This document shows positions 25,761 through 38,330 of a DNA stretch of 64,000 bases, in pieces. Each line of letters opens with the position of its first letter. Positions within the stretch are counted from its first letter, which is position 1. The stretch spans positions 108,943,053 through 109,007,052 of the forward strand of contig NC_068983.1 of NCBI RefSeq assembly GCF_001194135.2, read 5' to 3'. The notes beneath the pieces were generated by a model. The model was not told the DNA's origin and made no database searches. It saw nothing but the letters and a program-made list of their open reading frames with translations. The translations under genes were made by a program, and so were the position numbers. Origin of the DNA: Octopus bimaculoides (Eukaryota).

Positions 25761-26254
25761 CATCCACTTTTTTATGCTAGCACCCATTGTGCAACACTAT
25801 ATGGTACTATATTCCATGCTTGGGTACCTTCCCTGATGTCTGATCTTTAGGTATTTCTTACAACTAAAATATATGAAATAATTCATATATTTTAATTGTA
25901 TGGTTAGTTGTAACACTAAATAGAGACGAAAAAAAAATAATAATAAGTGAATACTAGGAATTAAAGTAAATTTCAGATAATACAAGCCATAGTGTTTAAT
26001 ATCAAATTAACATAGCTCATAATTACTTTGCAAAACCTTATTCATTTTTATGTCAGATTTGATAAGGAATGGGTAATAACACACACACACACACATACAC
26101 ACACATGCACATACGCGCATGCGCACACACACACATACACACAATACACATGCACACACTCATAAATTAAAAAGGCAAAGCAAGTTTAAGCCATCCCTAT
26201 CATGTGACCTTATAAGAATTGATAAATTATGTTTGTTTATTTCATTAACATGAA

Positions 26255-26728
26255 CACAGGTATAAGTGTGTAGTAAGAAGTTTGCTTCCCAACTACATGA
26301 TTTCAGGTTCAGTCCCAGTGTGTGTCACATTGGATAAGTGTCTTCAACTATAACCCTGGGCTGGCAAAAGCCTTGTGAACGGATTTGGTAGACAGAAACT
26401 GAAAGAAGCCCATTGTGCATATGTGTGTGTGTGTGTGCATGCATGTGTGTGTGTATATGTGTATGCATGTGTGTGTGTGTATATGTGTATGCATGTGTGT
26501 GTGTGTGTGTGTTTTTATGCCTATGTTTGTCCTCCACCATCACTTGACAACTGGTACTGTTGTGCTTGCATGCTCATTCCGTAGTGGTTTGGTAAAAAAG
26601 ACTGGCTGAATAAATACCAAGATTTTAAAAAGAAGTACTGGGATCAGTTTGTTCGACTAAAGTCCTTCAGTCCGTCCAAAGTCTGACAACTATCTAATGA
26701 CTGAAACAAATCAAGGATAAAAGATAAC
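26255..26728 (+). mobile_element. tRNA-derived SINE family A, full length
   Basis: GTAAGAAGTTTGCTTCCCAAC, GGTTCAGTCCC B box, internal (TG)n, GACTGAAACAAA tail. Confidence 0.9.
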
Positions 26729-28186
26729 AATAAATTTAACCATATCTAAGTGTGTCTGTGTCTGTGAGTAATGGATTTATTTCCCATTCTGTTTATAATA
26801 TATATTATGAAATTAATTTTATGCTTCCCTTGATTAATCAGTGGCTTTCTTCACTTCTGCAAACCAAATTTAACTGATGGATTTTTTTATCTCAGTCATC
26901 TTTTGTCAGTGTTTGAAAACAAGTCATCATGCTTAAATTAGCTGATTAACCATCATGCAGACACACATGTGCATGTGCACGTACACACACAAACACAGCT
27001 GTACCAAAAATCAAATTTGTGAGTCAAATAGGAAAACACTGAAAGTAAATGCAATGCTTCAAACTCACTACACTGATTGGAGTGCAAAGTAATTCATGTT
27101 TACTTTTCACTTTAGCTCACCAAAATACACAAAATTTTTCATTGTCTCACAGTAGTTCATGCTAACTTTGATATTGGTTAATTATTTGCTAGACATGATA
27201 TTATTGTCATCAAATTGTACAGCACTTGAAAAGTACCACCCAGTTATTCAAAACAGTGCAATATACTATAATTGTCAAATAAAACAAAATGATACAATAT
27301 GCTCCAATACAATAATATGGTTATATTGAAGGACAGATACAAAATTCGTTTTATTAAAAACGTCAGACACCAAACATGCGTATTGAATATAAAATGTAAA
27401 GTGAAAAGCACAATGTAAAAATCAAGTTACAATGTTCAGAGATCTGAGTACAAGATTTTGGCAAAGGTAGCATTGAAATTCTAAGATGTATAATTCCAGA
27501 GTGCATGTGTTAATAAGTCATTTCAATGGTAATAACTTATGCACAAAATCTACCTCACAAGATCTGATAAATCAAGGCTTTTACAACAGCAAGAATAACA
27601 ACAACAATAATAATAAGAGACCCTAAGGTAAACTGCAAATATTTAGATGCGTGTGAAGGAGATGGCATCCACCATCCACAAACATATGGGAAAATATGGA
27701 AATCATGCAAACTTAAAGCAAGGAACAGGACTGATACCATCAAGTGATATCTGCTGAGACCTACAGCTTTAATATCATAAAATGGTCAGCAATGAGATAA
27801 GTAAAATTGTCAAAAATATAAATGTTTCTTGCAATGCATTGCATGTTTCACCAAAAGCAGATGTAGACACACTATATATATCCTGCAAAAGGGTGACAGA
27901 CATGGACTGATGTAGCTGCAACTGTCTCTAAATATAGCAACTATAGGGTTAGCTACTTATCTAAAGAAAACTGATGACTGGATGCTTGAACTTGTTTGCA
28001 AGCATGAAATTACCAAAAGAATATACTGAGTAAGGTGAAAGAAAAAACCCACTGTGAAACGAAAACAAATAAATACAAACTAAGAATGTAAAGACAGACA
28101 AAGTGTTGCCTGTTAAGCATTTTGTCCAGTGTGTTAATAATGATTCTGTCTTTATAATAATAATAATAATAATAATAAATGTAATA

Positions 28187-28615
28187 AATGCCCTGATGCA
28201 GTACTAGGCACTGGCTCTCATGGTTTCTGATCTTAATTGATTGGAAGTGCTATCATGTACATATTTTGTCTTGGTATAAAAGATGGGCTACAGCAAATAT
28301 TCTGCTCAATACCACAGATTTGCTTGTCAGTTGTTTGACCATAACCAGTTGAGCATGTCCCCTGGTGGTTGACAACCCTTATTCAAGGACCTTTTGAGCA
28401 GGATGGGCTACTCGACCTAGAGATAATTCTAACAGGGCCCCACCTGCAAGGCCATGCGCTGTTTATATTGATATGAGATTCACTATGCTGCGCACATATA
28501 ATGGTGATGCATGTGCCTGGTGTACACTTATCAAACGAGTAGTCATGATGGGTATATTGGGTTTCGTATATTTTACCCAAGTGTCACATTGATGGCATGC
28601 ACTGATCTCTAACTC
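28187..28615 (+). mobile_element. About 430-bp interspersed repeat flanked by (AAT)n on both sides, probably a non-autonomous retroelement
   Basis: GC-richer unique block bounded by (AAT)n at 28154-28177 and (CAA)n/(AAT)n at 28616-28672; resembles a recalled common Octopus repeat. Confidence 0.6.
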
Positions 28616-28625
28616 AACAACAACA

Positions 28626-28672
<47 letters not shown>

Positions 28673-28680
28673 CTTTTCTA

Positions 28681-28836
28681 CTATAGACATAAGGATTGAA
28701 ATTTAGGGAGGGGGCTAATTAATTACATCAATCCTAGTGCTTAACTGATTATTTCCTTGATGGAATTTGAACTCAGAATGTAAAGATAAAGTGTTGCTAA
28801 GCATTTTGGCCAGCATGCTAACAATTCTGCCAACCA
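28681..28836 (-). mobile_element. SINE family D, internally deleted
   Basis: Revcomp TGGCAGAATTGTTAGCATGC...TTCTGAGTTCAAATTCC. Confidence 0.7.
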
Positions 28837-29769
28837 ATGATAATATAATAAAAGACAGCCTGACCACTGTTTGTCTGTCCATCACAACTTATATATCGGA
28901 AGTAAGAAGAAAGGGATGAGTAAAAGTTGTTGTTGAGAGAGAAATTCAGAATGTGTGTGTGAAAGATAGATAAGAAGTGTTGTTACCATAGTAACTCACA
29001 AGTTTTGATTAAAAACATGAAAATTTTAAATGCATGTCTGTCAACATAATGCAACACAAACTTCAAAATATGTTTTTCACTAATATGCTATTAACTGGCT
29101 ATACCATATGAGACTATGCCATTTCTGTTACACGTATATATACATACACACACATATATATATATATATNNNNNNNNNNATATACTTATGCTTTTGTTTG
29201 TTTGTGTGTGTTTTGTTTGTCTTTCAACATATAAACAATGCAACACGGACTTTAAAAACGACTTTCACTATAACGACAGTGTCGTTGTTGAGAGAAAAAT
29301 ACAGTGAAAAAGAGGGGAGAGGGAGAGAGAGAGAGAGAGAGGTGGGAGAAGTAGAGTGTGTGTGTGTGTGTGTGTGTAAAAGATAGATATAGTGTTGTCA
29401 TCATAATAACTAGTGAGACTTTCACTATATAACAGTCCACTATCAACTGGCACATTACAACTAGTTTCAGTAATAACGGCCATATTATTGTCATGCACAG
29501 CCAACCAGATTGTAAAAGTCAAAATATTGTTCAACGAATATTGTTCACTCTGTAAAATATGAAAAACGTTATTTGAAATAAATGTAATTTGTTCAACAGT
29601 ATTCAAACTGTTATTTATGTTCATTGAGAAAGTCAATCTAAACACTATTTAAACAAATTAATGAAGGTTCATGCAAGATTAACAAATATTTTTACTGACA
29701 GCATAGCGATGGGTAACAACCTAGCAATAATGATAATAGAGATAATACAGTTAGTAACAACAACAATTT

Positions 29770-29955
29770 GATTTGAACAGATGGATAGAGGAAATAGGCA
29801 TAAAACCTAGTTTAGTACAGCTCCAGAAAACAGTATTATTAGGGACAGCTAGGATACTTAGGAAGGTTCTTGGCATCTATGGTTACTTGCTGTAGCCTGG
29901 TGCTAAGAATTTCTTTCGAGCAATCTAATCTGTTCTGCGTGTATGAAATAATAAC
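29770..29955 (+). mobile_element. R4/Dong-like (RLE-type) non-LTR retrotransposon 3' end
   Basis: 29773-29895 translates LNRWIEEIGIKPSLVQLQKTVLLGTARILRKVLGIYGYLL*; LQKxVLLGTARILRKVL is the characteristic C-terminus of R4/NeSL-type ORFs; short AATAATAAC tail follows. Confidence 0.8.
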
Positions 29956-30006
29956 AGAGCTTATTACATACAGTATTCAGGTGTGCAACAACTTAGAAAA
30001 ACCTAA

Positions 30007-30121
<115 letters not shown>

Positions 30122-31029
30122 GATTAGCTCAATATAAGCAACCTCCTTTTCACCAAGTATTCAAGCAATTGTATGCTTTGTCTGTATTCTTTCAAGGCAA
30201 GTAGCTATTTTTCCTTTTTACATTATTCAGTTTACTTATTTGAAGAACTAGGTAAAAGTTAGTGAAACTCCAGAGAAACAGAGTATTGGAACAACCAAAA
30301 TAAGTCATACTCTCCTGTGTCTATTAATACTAACATATATGCACATATGTGTGTGCTAATTCGCTCATTCAATTACTGCAGCTCACCACTTTGAGTTCCT
30401 CCAGTACCTTTACATTTCTAGAATTCCACTATCTCCACCAAGTCCTCATTTACTGAGTTACCACAACTAGGAGTCTATTATACATCCCTCTATAAACCTT
30501 TCAACTTCGAGGAAATTCATTCATTGAAAACAAATATTTTTCAATAATTTCCATCTTTTCTTTTCAAGCAGCAACATAGAGAAACATGAACCACAATGAA
30601 TGTGAATCAATACAAGCAGAGCAGAAACTCTGAAAATTGTACACATGAGCTTTCAAGTCACAATAAAAGCAATCCATGTAAAAGAACTACAACTCCAAAT
30701 AAAATCTGATCCAGTGTAAAAGAGTCACTATAATTCTAAGAGACAGCCTCTCAGCAGTATGGTTGTTGACAAGAAGAGCACTCAGTTGTAAAATCACTCC
30801 AGAGACATGGTAGTCAAGATAATTGCATGTTCATATTTAACAGTTATTATGTTACAGTTGTATGTAGTAGTAAGATGTCCAAGTGGAAGCATCTAATGTG
30901 TGAAAACTCTTTGGTCAGGCTCAAGTGATCACAAAAACTCTGTTCTTTTCACATGTGGAAAACAGACATCAAGCAACAATTTACCCACTACTATAAACCA
31001 CAATTTTTTTTAAGAAGGTACAAAACTTC

Positions 31030-32760
31030 ACAGTTGCAAATACCAACTCCGGTACAAAAATATGTCTGGAGAAACTGTGAAGAAGATGGAGCAGATAAAA
31101 GTGGGTAAGTTTTGTGTACAAGAGGTGGTGAGTTACCTGAACCAGATACTTCATAGGCAAGGTGCACAGGTACAGATTCTTCTTAATATTGGGGCAATTA
31201 AAGTAATTGCCCACTACTATGTGACAAAATGTGACAAAATAGTAATGATTAGACTTGTCATGTACAGTGAGGTAGCATCAAACAGCTCTGCATTTGCACT
31301 CAATCAAGAGTGACAGATGAGTAAAAGGGCCGTTTCTGTGAGACCCTGTTGCAGATTACCTTGTAATCTGTTAATGTAAGTGGTTTTAATAAACATGGTG
31401 AACCAACACAGTGACTATTCCTGTGGACATGGAGACTATGAATACTTCATGATGATAAAGAGAAATAAACTCTTTCAAAGTTTACTAATGCAAATGACTT
31501 CGCTCTCTGCAACAGCAGCTTCATAAAATTAGCCGAACACTTTACCACCTAATCAAGTGAACACATAAGTCAGACAGACTTCAAGCTCACCAGAAAACAG
31601 GATGGATAGATGGTTATGAATACCGTCTTTCTCCAGTGAAGTTTGTCCCATTCAACATACACTGGTGAGTAGTGACTTCAGAGTAAAAGCTAAATGGATT
31701 CAGAGATACGAGTCAATTTGAAGGAAGCATTGAAAATTAAAAGATCCTTTAGCAAGACAAAGCTCTAGAGATATTCTAGGTGACACCTAGAGAAAGTCAG
31801 AAATTGTGGAGGTAACTTACGATGAGCAAGTGAACAAATCTGTGGTTGGAGAAAAGGAGAAATAGTTGTAGGATGATACAAATAACAGAGTCATAAAAGC
31901 TAAGAGACATGCTTGAAAAGAGGTGAGCTGGAACAATATCCAGCTGCTAGAAGAAAAGCTAAGCATCAAAGGAACTTAGTATGCAAATGAATACCCTTCA
32001 AGACTCATTTCTCAGTCATCATTAGTTTGTCTCCATAACAGATAATTTTAGGACTGGCTGTTCCTGAGAACTCTTGTATGTTGATGATCTGGTTGTCACA
32101 TATGAATTTATTGAAAATTAAGAGAAGCAACTCAAAATACTGAAGCAAAAGCTAGAAAAAGAAATGAGAGGTTTCAAAATAAATAGTAGAAATGAAGGCA
32201 TGACTCTCCTAACTATGCCCAAAATGCAAAAGAGAATTAGCTAGGATTTCCATTTATTGTACATAATGTAAACTATGGGTGTACAAGAGACATGGTGGGA
32301 TCATAGGAATCTGACATAACTAAGATCTTATATGTAGCAGGTGCACAGGAATCATTTACAGCAAGAACTCCTTGCACAGGAAGTTTGACAGAAGCAGTCA
32401 ATAGTTTAGCTTGCCTAGATAAGCAATGTACCAATGGAGGTAGCTGCTTCAAATGCATAACAGCCAGAGGGAGAAATGAGGGAGAAAGTTTAGGAAGTCA
32501 TTACCTCTATTAGAAACAAAGGCATTCTCTCTTTGAATAAAATGTAGACTAGTGAAATATGGATATTAGTGCAGATGTTACACAAAAGTTGGAAAGAAAT
32601 GGCCTGTGAAATGTGTAATGTTAATGTGTATGGATGAAAGAGCAAAGATCAGCTGACATAAAAACTGGGTATAGCAAGACTTAGACATAAAGTCTAATAC
32701 AGAGATGTTATGTATGGAAGAAGAGAATTGGGTAAAGGAGGGTAAAGGAATCATAAGAGA
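31030..32760 (+). mobile_element. Decayed, internally deleted RTE-clade LINE (APE endonuclease to post-RT region)
   Basis: SGETVKKMEQIKVGKFCVQEV...CDKIVMIRLVM...SAFA resembles RTE endonuclease; GSLTEAVNSLACLDKQCTNGGSCFKCITAR (~32385) resembles LEVVDSFCYLGDQISSGGGCSESVxAR. Confidence 0.75.
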
Positions 32761-32905
32761 AAAAATATGTAGAAGAGGAAGGCTGCTGAAAATAGGAACG
32801 CACAAAGAGGAAACATGCTATTCTGGAAAAACCCATCAAAATCCCTAAAATTATGATGAGGATCACACACACACACAGATATATGTATATATATATATTT
32901 ATAGT

Positions 32906-33140
32906 GGAGGTGCATGTCTTAGTGGTTAGGGTGCAAAAAAGATTGTGGTTTTGATTCCTAGACCAGACAATGCATTGTGTTCTTAGCCAAAACACTTCAT
33001 TTCATGTTGCTACAGTCCACTCAGCTAGCAAAAATGGGTATTCCTGTGCTGGACCAGTGTCCCATCCAGCAGGGAATATATGTGCCACAGAAACTGGGAA
33101 ATATTCCTATGGGTTTATAACACTTGAGATGGAACTTTCT
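32906..33140 (+). mobile_element. tRNA-derived SINE family C
   Basis: TAGTGGTTAGGG, TTGATTCC, TGTGTTCTTAGCCAAAACACTTCATTTCA, CCACTCAGCTAGCAAAAATG. Confidence 0.75.
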
Positions 33141-33235
33141 CTGTTTTGTATACATATACATACGCATATATGTATGTGTATGTCTGCATATATGCTTATG
33201 TGTGCATATATATATATAAATATATATCATCATCA

Positions 33236-33281
33236 TCATCATCATTGTTTAACGTCCGCTTTCCATGCTAGCATGGGTTGA
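33236..33281 (-). mobile_element. Extremely 5'-truncated family B (RTE-like) tail
   Basis: (CAT)n-TGTTTAACGTCCGCTTTCCATGCTAGCATGGGTTG. Confidence 0.8.
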
Positions 33282-33300
33282 TATATATATATGTATGTAT

Positions 33301-33400
33301 GTGACCGAGGAAGACCATTGCCGACCTTCAGGAACATTGTGCGATCTAAGGTCGGCAATGGTCTTCCTCGGTCACGAGTGGACGGCCATCATCATCATGC
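33301..33400 (+). repeat. Perfect 28-bp inverted repeat (19-nt loop) with an (ATC)n tail; probable truncated RTE 3' end
   Basis: 33301-33328 is the exact reverse complement of 33348-33375. Confidence 0.9.
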
Positions 33401-33734
33401 ATGTATGTATGTATGTATATATATACGCACACATGCACATATATGTATCTATCTATATATACATCCAGACACATACTTTTATACTCATACACAAATATTT
33501 TATATATTTATCATGCTCTGAAACATATGGGTATTGAGTTCTAGCTCCAGGTTATTTGTATCACTATGCCTAAATGATATATATGTGTATATATATATAT
33601 AGATAGATATAAAAGAGGAATGACTGTAAAAACACATTACAAAGGATATATCGAAAACAATTCAAAATTATTTATGGATATATAAGTGGCCAGAATATGC
33701 AATCAAAAACGTTTTTCATAAAAGAAGATTGTTG

Positions 33735-34252
33735 AATTGTGAATAAATCACAATTATAACATAGAAGGTTATAAAAACCCTTACATGTCTAGAAATAGCA
33801 GTCAAAACCGTTATAAGGCAACTATAAACACTCTTATTATATCTCCTCAACAATAAAAGTTGTTGGCGAGCAACATAACATAAAAATTTATGATTTAAAC
33901 AAAAATAAAAGGTTAGCCCTCTATTGCATTTTCAAAGTTAGGAATCAAAAATAGATCCATTTTTCTCATCAGGAGAACATTCTTGTACATAGAAATTAAC
34001 ACAAAAAACTTACCTTGGAGTTTAACATGTGTGCTGACTGGCAAGAATAATGTGTCAACGTCTATCTACACTATTCAAATTCTGAATTCAAACATCACGC
34101 ACAACGTTTATAAGAAGAGACCAGTTAAACGAGCCACGGCAAAGAATTGGATATGAGTGAAAAATAAATAACAGAGGTTTTGACTGCTATTTCTAGACAT
34201 GTAAGGTTTTTTTATAACCTTCCTCTCTTATACTTGTGGTTTTTCACAATTA
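33735..34252. repeat. Inverted repeat pair: core 33764-33809 vs 34176-34222, weaker to about 80 bp
   Basis: GAAGGTTATAAAAACCCTTACATGTCTAGAAATAGCAGTCAAAACC vs its reverse complement with only 2 differences. Confidence 0.9.
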
Positions 34253-34689
34253 TACACTTTCCTATATATATATATATATATATATATNNNNNNNNNNNNN
34301 NNNNNNNNNNNNNNNNNNNNNNNNNNNNNNNNNNNNNNNNNNNNNNNNNNNNNNNNNNNNNNNNNNNNNNNNNNNNNNNNNNNNNNNNNNNNNNNNNNNN
34401 NNNNNNNNNNNNNNNNNNNNNNNNNNNNNNNNNNNNNNNNNNNNNNNNNNNNNNNNNNNNNNNNNNNNNNNNNNNNNNNNNNNNNNNNNNNNNNNNNNNN
34501 NNNNNNNNNNNNNNNNNNNNNNNNNNNNNNNNNNNNNNNNNNNNNNNNNNNNNNNNNNNNNNNNNNNNNNNNNNNNNNNNNNNNNNNNNNNNNNNNNNNN
34601 NNNNNNNNNNNNNNNNNNNNNNNNNNNNNNNNNNNNNNNNNNNNNNNNNNNATATATATATACACACACACACACACATATACACACAT

Positions 34690-35050
34690 ATACATCATCA
34701 TTATCATCATCATCATTTAACGTCCACTTTCCATGCTGGCATGGGTTGGACGATTAGACTGAGGACTGGTGAGCCAGAGGCCGCACCAGGCTCAATCTGA
34801 TCTGGCAAAGTTTCTACAGCTGGATGCCCTTCCTAACACCAACCACTTTGAGAGTGTAGTGGGTGCTTTTAACATGCCACTGGCACAAGGGCCAGTCAAG
34901 CAGTTCTGGTAATGGCCACATTCGAAAGGTGTTTTTACTTGCTACCTGCATGGGAGCCAGTTCAGCGGCACTGGCAAAGACCACGCTCGAATGTTGTTTT
35001 TCACGTGCCACCTGCACATGTGCCAGTAAGGTGATGCTGGCAATGAACAC
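34690..35050 (-). mobile_element. Family B element: RTE 3' UTR with tandem subrepeats and (GAT)n tail
   Basis: Tail TTTAACGTCCACTTTCCATGCTGGCATGGG; three TTGCCAG...GGCAC units of about 60 bp, similar to the 3' UTR after the RTE ORF at 43271. Confidence 0.85.
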
Positions 35051-35051
35051 A

Positions 35052-35116
<65 letters not shown>

Positions 35117-35117
35117 T

Positions 35118-35167
<50 letters not shown>

Positions 35168-35809
35168 TTAGGGATAAAATATATTATAAATTTTTTCTAT
35201 GTGACAGTAGATTTTCATCGATGAGATCATAAACCTTGGTTCTTTTCCCTAAAACTATATATATATATAATCAAATGAATAATAACGGACGATGGATAAT
35301 TGCCACCTCATAACAGTTGATTGTTACACATCCTTTTAATAGAAGAATGAGAACATTACTCCATTACAAAAAACCATAATCATCCGATGAAATGTCATTT
35401 TGCAAACAAAGGATATCCCAAGAATACAGCAGGGGTGTGGCTGAAGTCTGTTGAGGCCAACTATAAAATGGAAGAATGAGCAGCAAAGTTGGCTGTTGAG
35501 GTTAAGACTATAGTTTGTGAAAGTGTGTAGTATGATAGTTAAGGTCAGCAACCTGAGTGAGATAGGAGTCTGCTAGATTGGTTCTTAGGTAGGCTGGAGT
35601 GGGGTGTAGGTGATATTTTGTTGTAGTAGGTTTAGAGAAGTGGAGAGCTGGAAGAGGACCTAAGATAAATTAAGGATAAACAATAAAAATAGAAAAAAGA
35701 AGTAAAAAGCAAAAGTGAAGGAAAATAAATGCATACAAGTCAATTAGGCATAGGATCAGGGTTTCGGATTTGCTAGCTAAGGCTAAAGATCAAAGAGAGG
35801 AGGGCAGAG

Positions 35810-35955
35810 ATACACAGTGGTTGGCATTAGGAAGGGCATCTAGTCATAACAGACAATTGGAATCTGGAGAGCTCCCAGCTGGCCAGCTCCATGCCAAACT
35901 GTGCAACCCATGCCAGCATGGAAAGTAGATGTTAAATGATGATGGTGATGACGAT
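35810..35955 (+). mobile_element. Family B tail element
   Basis: GTGGTTGGCATTAGGAAGGGCATC...CCCATGCCAGCATGGAAAGTAGATGTTAAATGATGATG. Confidence 0.85.
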
Positions 35956-36309
35956 AAAAGCAATGGCTGAAGGTACAGAAAAGTGGAAATAGTGGGCAGG
36001 AAAGATGATGAGAAATGGAAGTGATTGCAAAAAAAGTGGTGGGAGAAAAGTAACCAAAAGGGAGGGAATGAAGTGCATGACTATTCTGCTCTTGGGTGAT
36101 TACAGCAGCAAAGTAGAACCTTAGAGAGAGATGTGATGAGTGTTAAAGGATGAGATGTGGAGGAAATGCATGATGAGACACAGAGAGAGAGAGAATAGAG
36201 GTGGAGTAGGACCTAGCACATACAAGTATTACCAGGAGGATATCATTTCTGCTGTGGTGGATGGATCTTCTCAAGTACAGAAAAATGCCACTCATTTTGT
36301 TCCTTTGTC

Positions 36310-36790
36310 ATCTGCATAAAGCTTAGCCTTCACTATTTGTCTTCTTGGTTCTTCCTCTCCCAAAAGTCTCATCCACTTTAAGCTATCAGCACTTTTTTTA
36401 TGTGACTGTCCTCAGTCTTCTCTCTTGCACTCTACATCTAGTTCTTCTTATGCCTAACTTTTCTTTCAATATTCTAGCAATTTTATCAAAAATACACACT
36501 AACATTGCACATCCAACAGAGTATACTCTGCACGAAGCATTTCTGTTCATACAATCTTCCTTTCATTTGTTACCAACAAAGCTCTCTGTTGGTAACAAAT
36601 TTACTAAAAGCTTTGTTGGTAAAAGCTCTCTGAAGTTTCTCCATCATATTCTTATTCTAGCAACTACACTTTTGAGACATCTTCCACTTCTAATTAGGTC
36701 ACCTAGGAAACAAAAATTATTTACAACTTCTAGAGAGACTCCAGGGTATTTGGGAAAATCAATTCCCCATGTATTTTTAGTCTTTATGGC
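36310..36790 (-). mobile_element. Decayed RTE-clade LINE fragment
   Basis: SLEVVNNFCFLGDLIRSGRCLKSVVARIRI on the minus strand and a downstream VDETFGRGR-like motif. Confidence 0.8.
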
Positions 36791-36799
36791 TCCTGTGAA

Positions 36800-37160
36800 A
36801 GTGCATGGCTCAATGGTTAGAGTGTTAGGCTCACAATCTTCAGGTAGTGAGTTCGATTTTTGAACCAGGCTATGTGTTGTGTTCTTGAGCAAAATATTCT
36901 ATCACACATTGCACCGCAATCAATTCAACTCCTTTACTTCATGTTGCATCTGTAAAACTGAGTTGTGACACCACTGATGCTAAGCTGTATCAGTCTTTGC
37001 CTTTCCCTCAGATAACATCAGTGGCATGGAAAGGGGAGATTGGTATGTATGGGTAAATGCTGGTCTTCCATAGACAACCTTGCCTGGACTTGTGCCTTGG
37101 AAGGGAATTTTCTAGGTGCAATCCCATGGTCATTCATGACCAAAGGGGGGTCTTCACCCT
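36800..37160 (+). mobile_element. tRNA-derived SINE family C
   Basis: TGGCTCAATGGTTAGAG A box, GAGTTCGATT B box, TGTGTTCTTGAGCAAAA central motif. Confidence 0.85.
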
Positions 37161-37680
37161 TTCACTCTATGGCCTCTGTGCATCTTCCACACACAAACAC
37201 TACTTCCTCTGTTAACCTTCCTATGATTTCACTTCATGTCTTGTGTACACTGCTTAAAGCAAGAAACTAGTAAGCAAGAATATATCTATATGCATAATGA
37301 GTAAGAATGCATCAAAAAGGTGTATATTGGATACAGACAATTAGTGCTCAGACCAGCCCAGATATCTAAAATCCAAATACTAAATGAAGGAAGATGGAAT
37401 CCAGGCAAACTGGGTTGGTTAGTGACACTGTACTGGTCAAGCTAATGAAAGCATAATGATAAAGAAGAAAAAGAAAACAGATGGATAGTAGGTTGATAAT
37501 AGAATTAAAGCATTTATAAAATAATTACACAGAAGTGAGTATAAATATAATTTAGCAATAAAACAGGAAAATAGTCTTACAAAGAAAGGTAGATATTCAG
37601 AGATTTCATATTCAAACCTAACAAATAAGAGAGAAGAGGATAAGGGTAATCCTTTACATCTGTTCCTAGGGTTTAGTGAT

Positions 37681-37766
<86 letters not shown>

Positions 37767-38029
37767 NNNNNNNNNNNNNNNNNNNNNNNNNNNNNNNNNN
37801 NNNNNNNNNNNNNNNNNNNNNNNNNNNNNNNNNNNNNNNNNNNNNNNNNNNNNNNNNNNNNNNNNNNNNNNNNNNNNNNNNNNNNNNNNNNNNNNNNNNN
37901 NNNNNNNNNNNNNNNNNNNNNNNNNNNNNNNNNNNNNNNNNNNNNNNNNNNNNNNNNNNNNNNNNNNNNNNNNNNNNNNNNNNNNNNNNNNNNNNNNNNN
38001 NNNNNNNNNNNNNNTATATCTGTAAAAAT

Positions 38030-38330
38030 ATGTGACACTTATTCGGTTGCCATGATAAAACTCCGAGTTTCGGATGCCGGGGTGGGAACTCATGCCAACA
38101 CCTCTTCAGTTATCCGGCCATTGAAAATTCCTGTGAAAAATGACCGTTAAACAAAGGGAAATTACTATGTGAATGATCGTTATTAAGACAAAAGAGCTAT
38201 AGACCACTAAGTAAGGGGAGGGGGTAAAGGTAAGGGAGTAGATAAGTCTATAGTGTTCACGTAAGCGCACCAATCCGTACATTCGCCTATATGTATATGT
38301 TAAACCAGCCTCGCTTGAAACACACAAATG
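38030..38330 (-). mobile_element. CpG-rich, probably young Penelope-like pseudo-LTR carrying a hammerhead motif
   Basis: Contains the hammerhead below; unusually CpG-rich for this window; left end runs into a gap. PLE assignment is inference. Confidence 0.5.
38047..38120 (-). ncRNA. Minimal type I hammerhead ribozyme motif
   Basis: GAUAA-CUGAAGA-stem II (GGUGUUGG/CCGGCAUCC)-GAAA-CUC G GAG-U U-UUAUC; all core nucleotides present; stem I GAUAA/UUAUC. Confidence 0.75.

Noticed and set aside
29259-29436. GACTTTCACTATA repeated about 157 bp apart in a mildly CpG-rich patch
   Set aside because: A two-copy 13-mer is too weak to call a regulatory element
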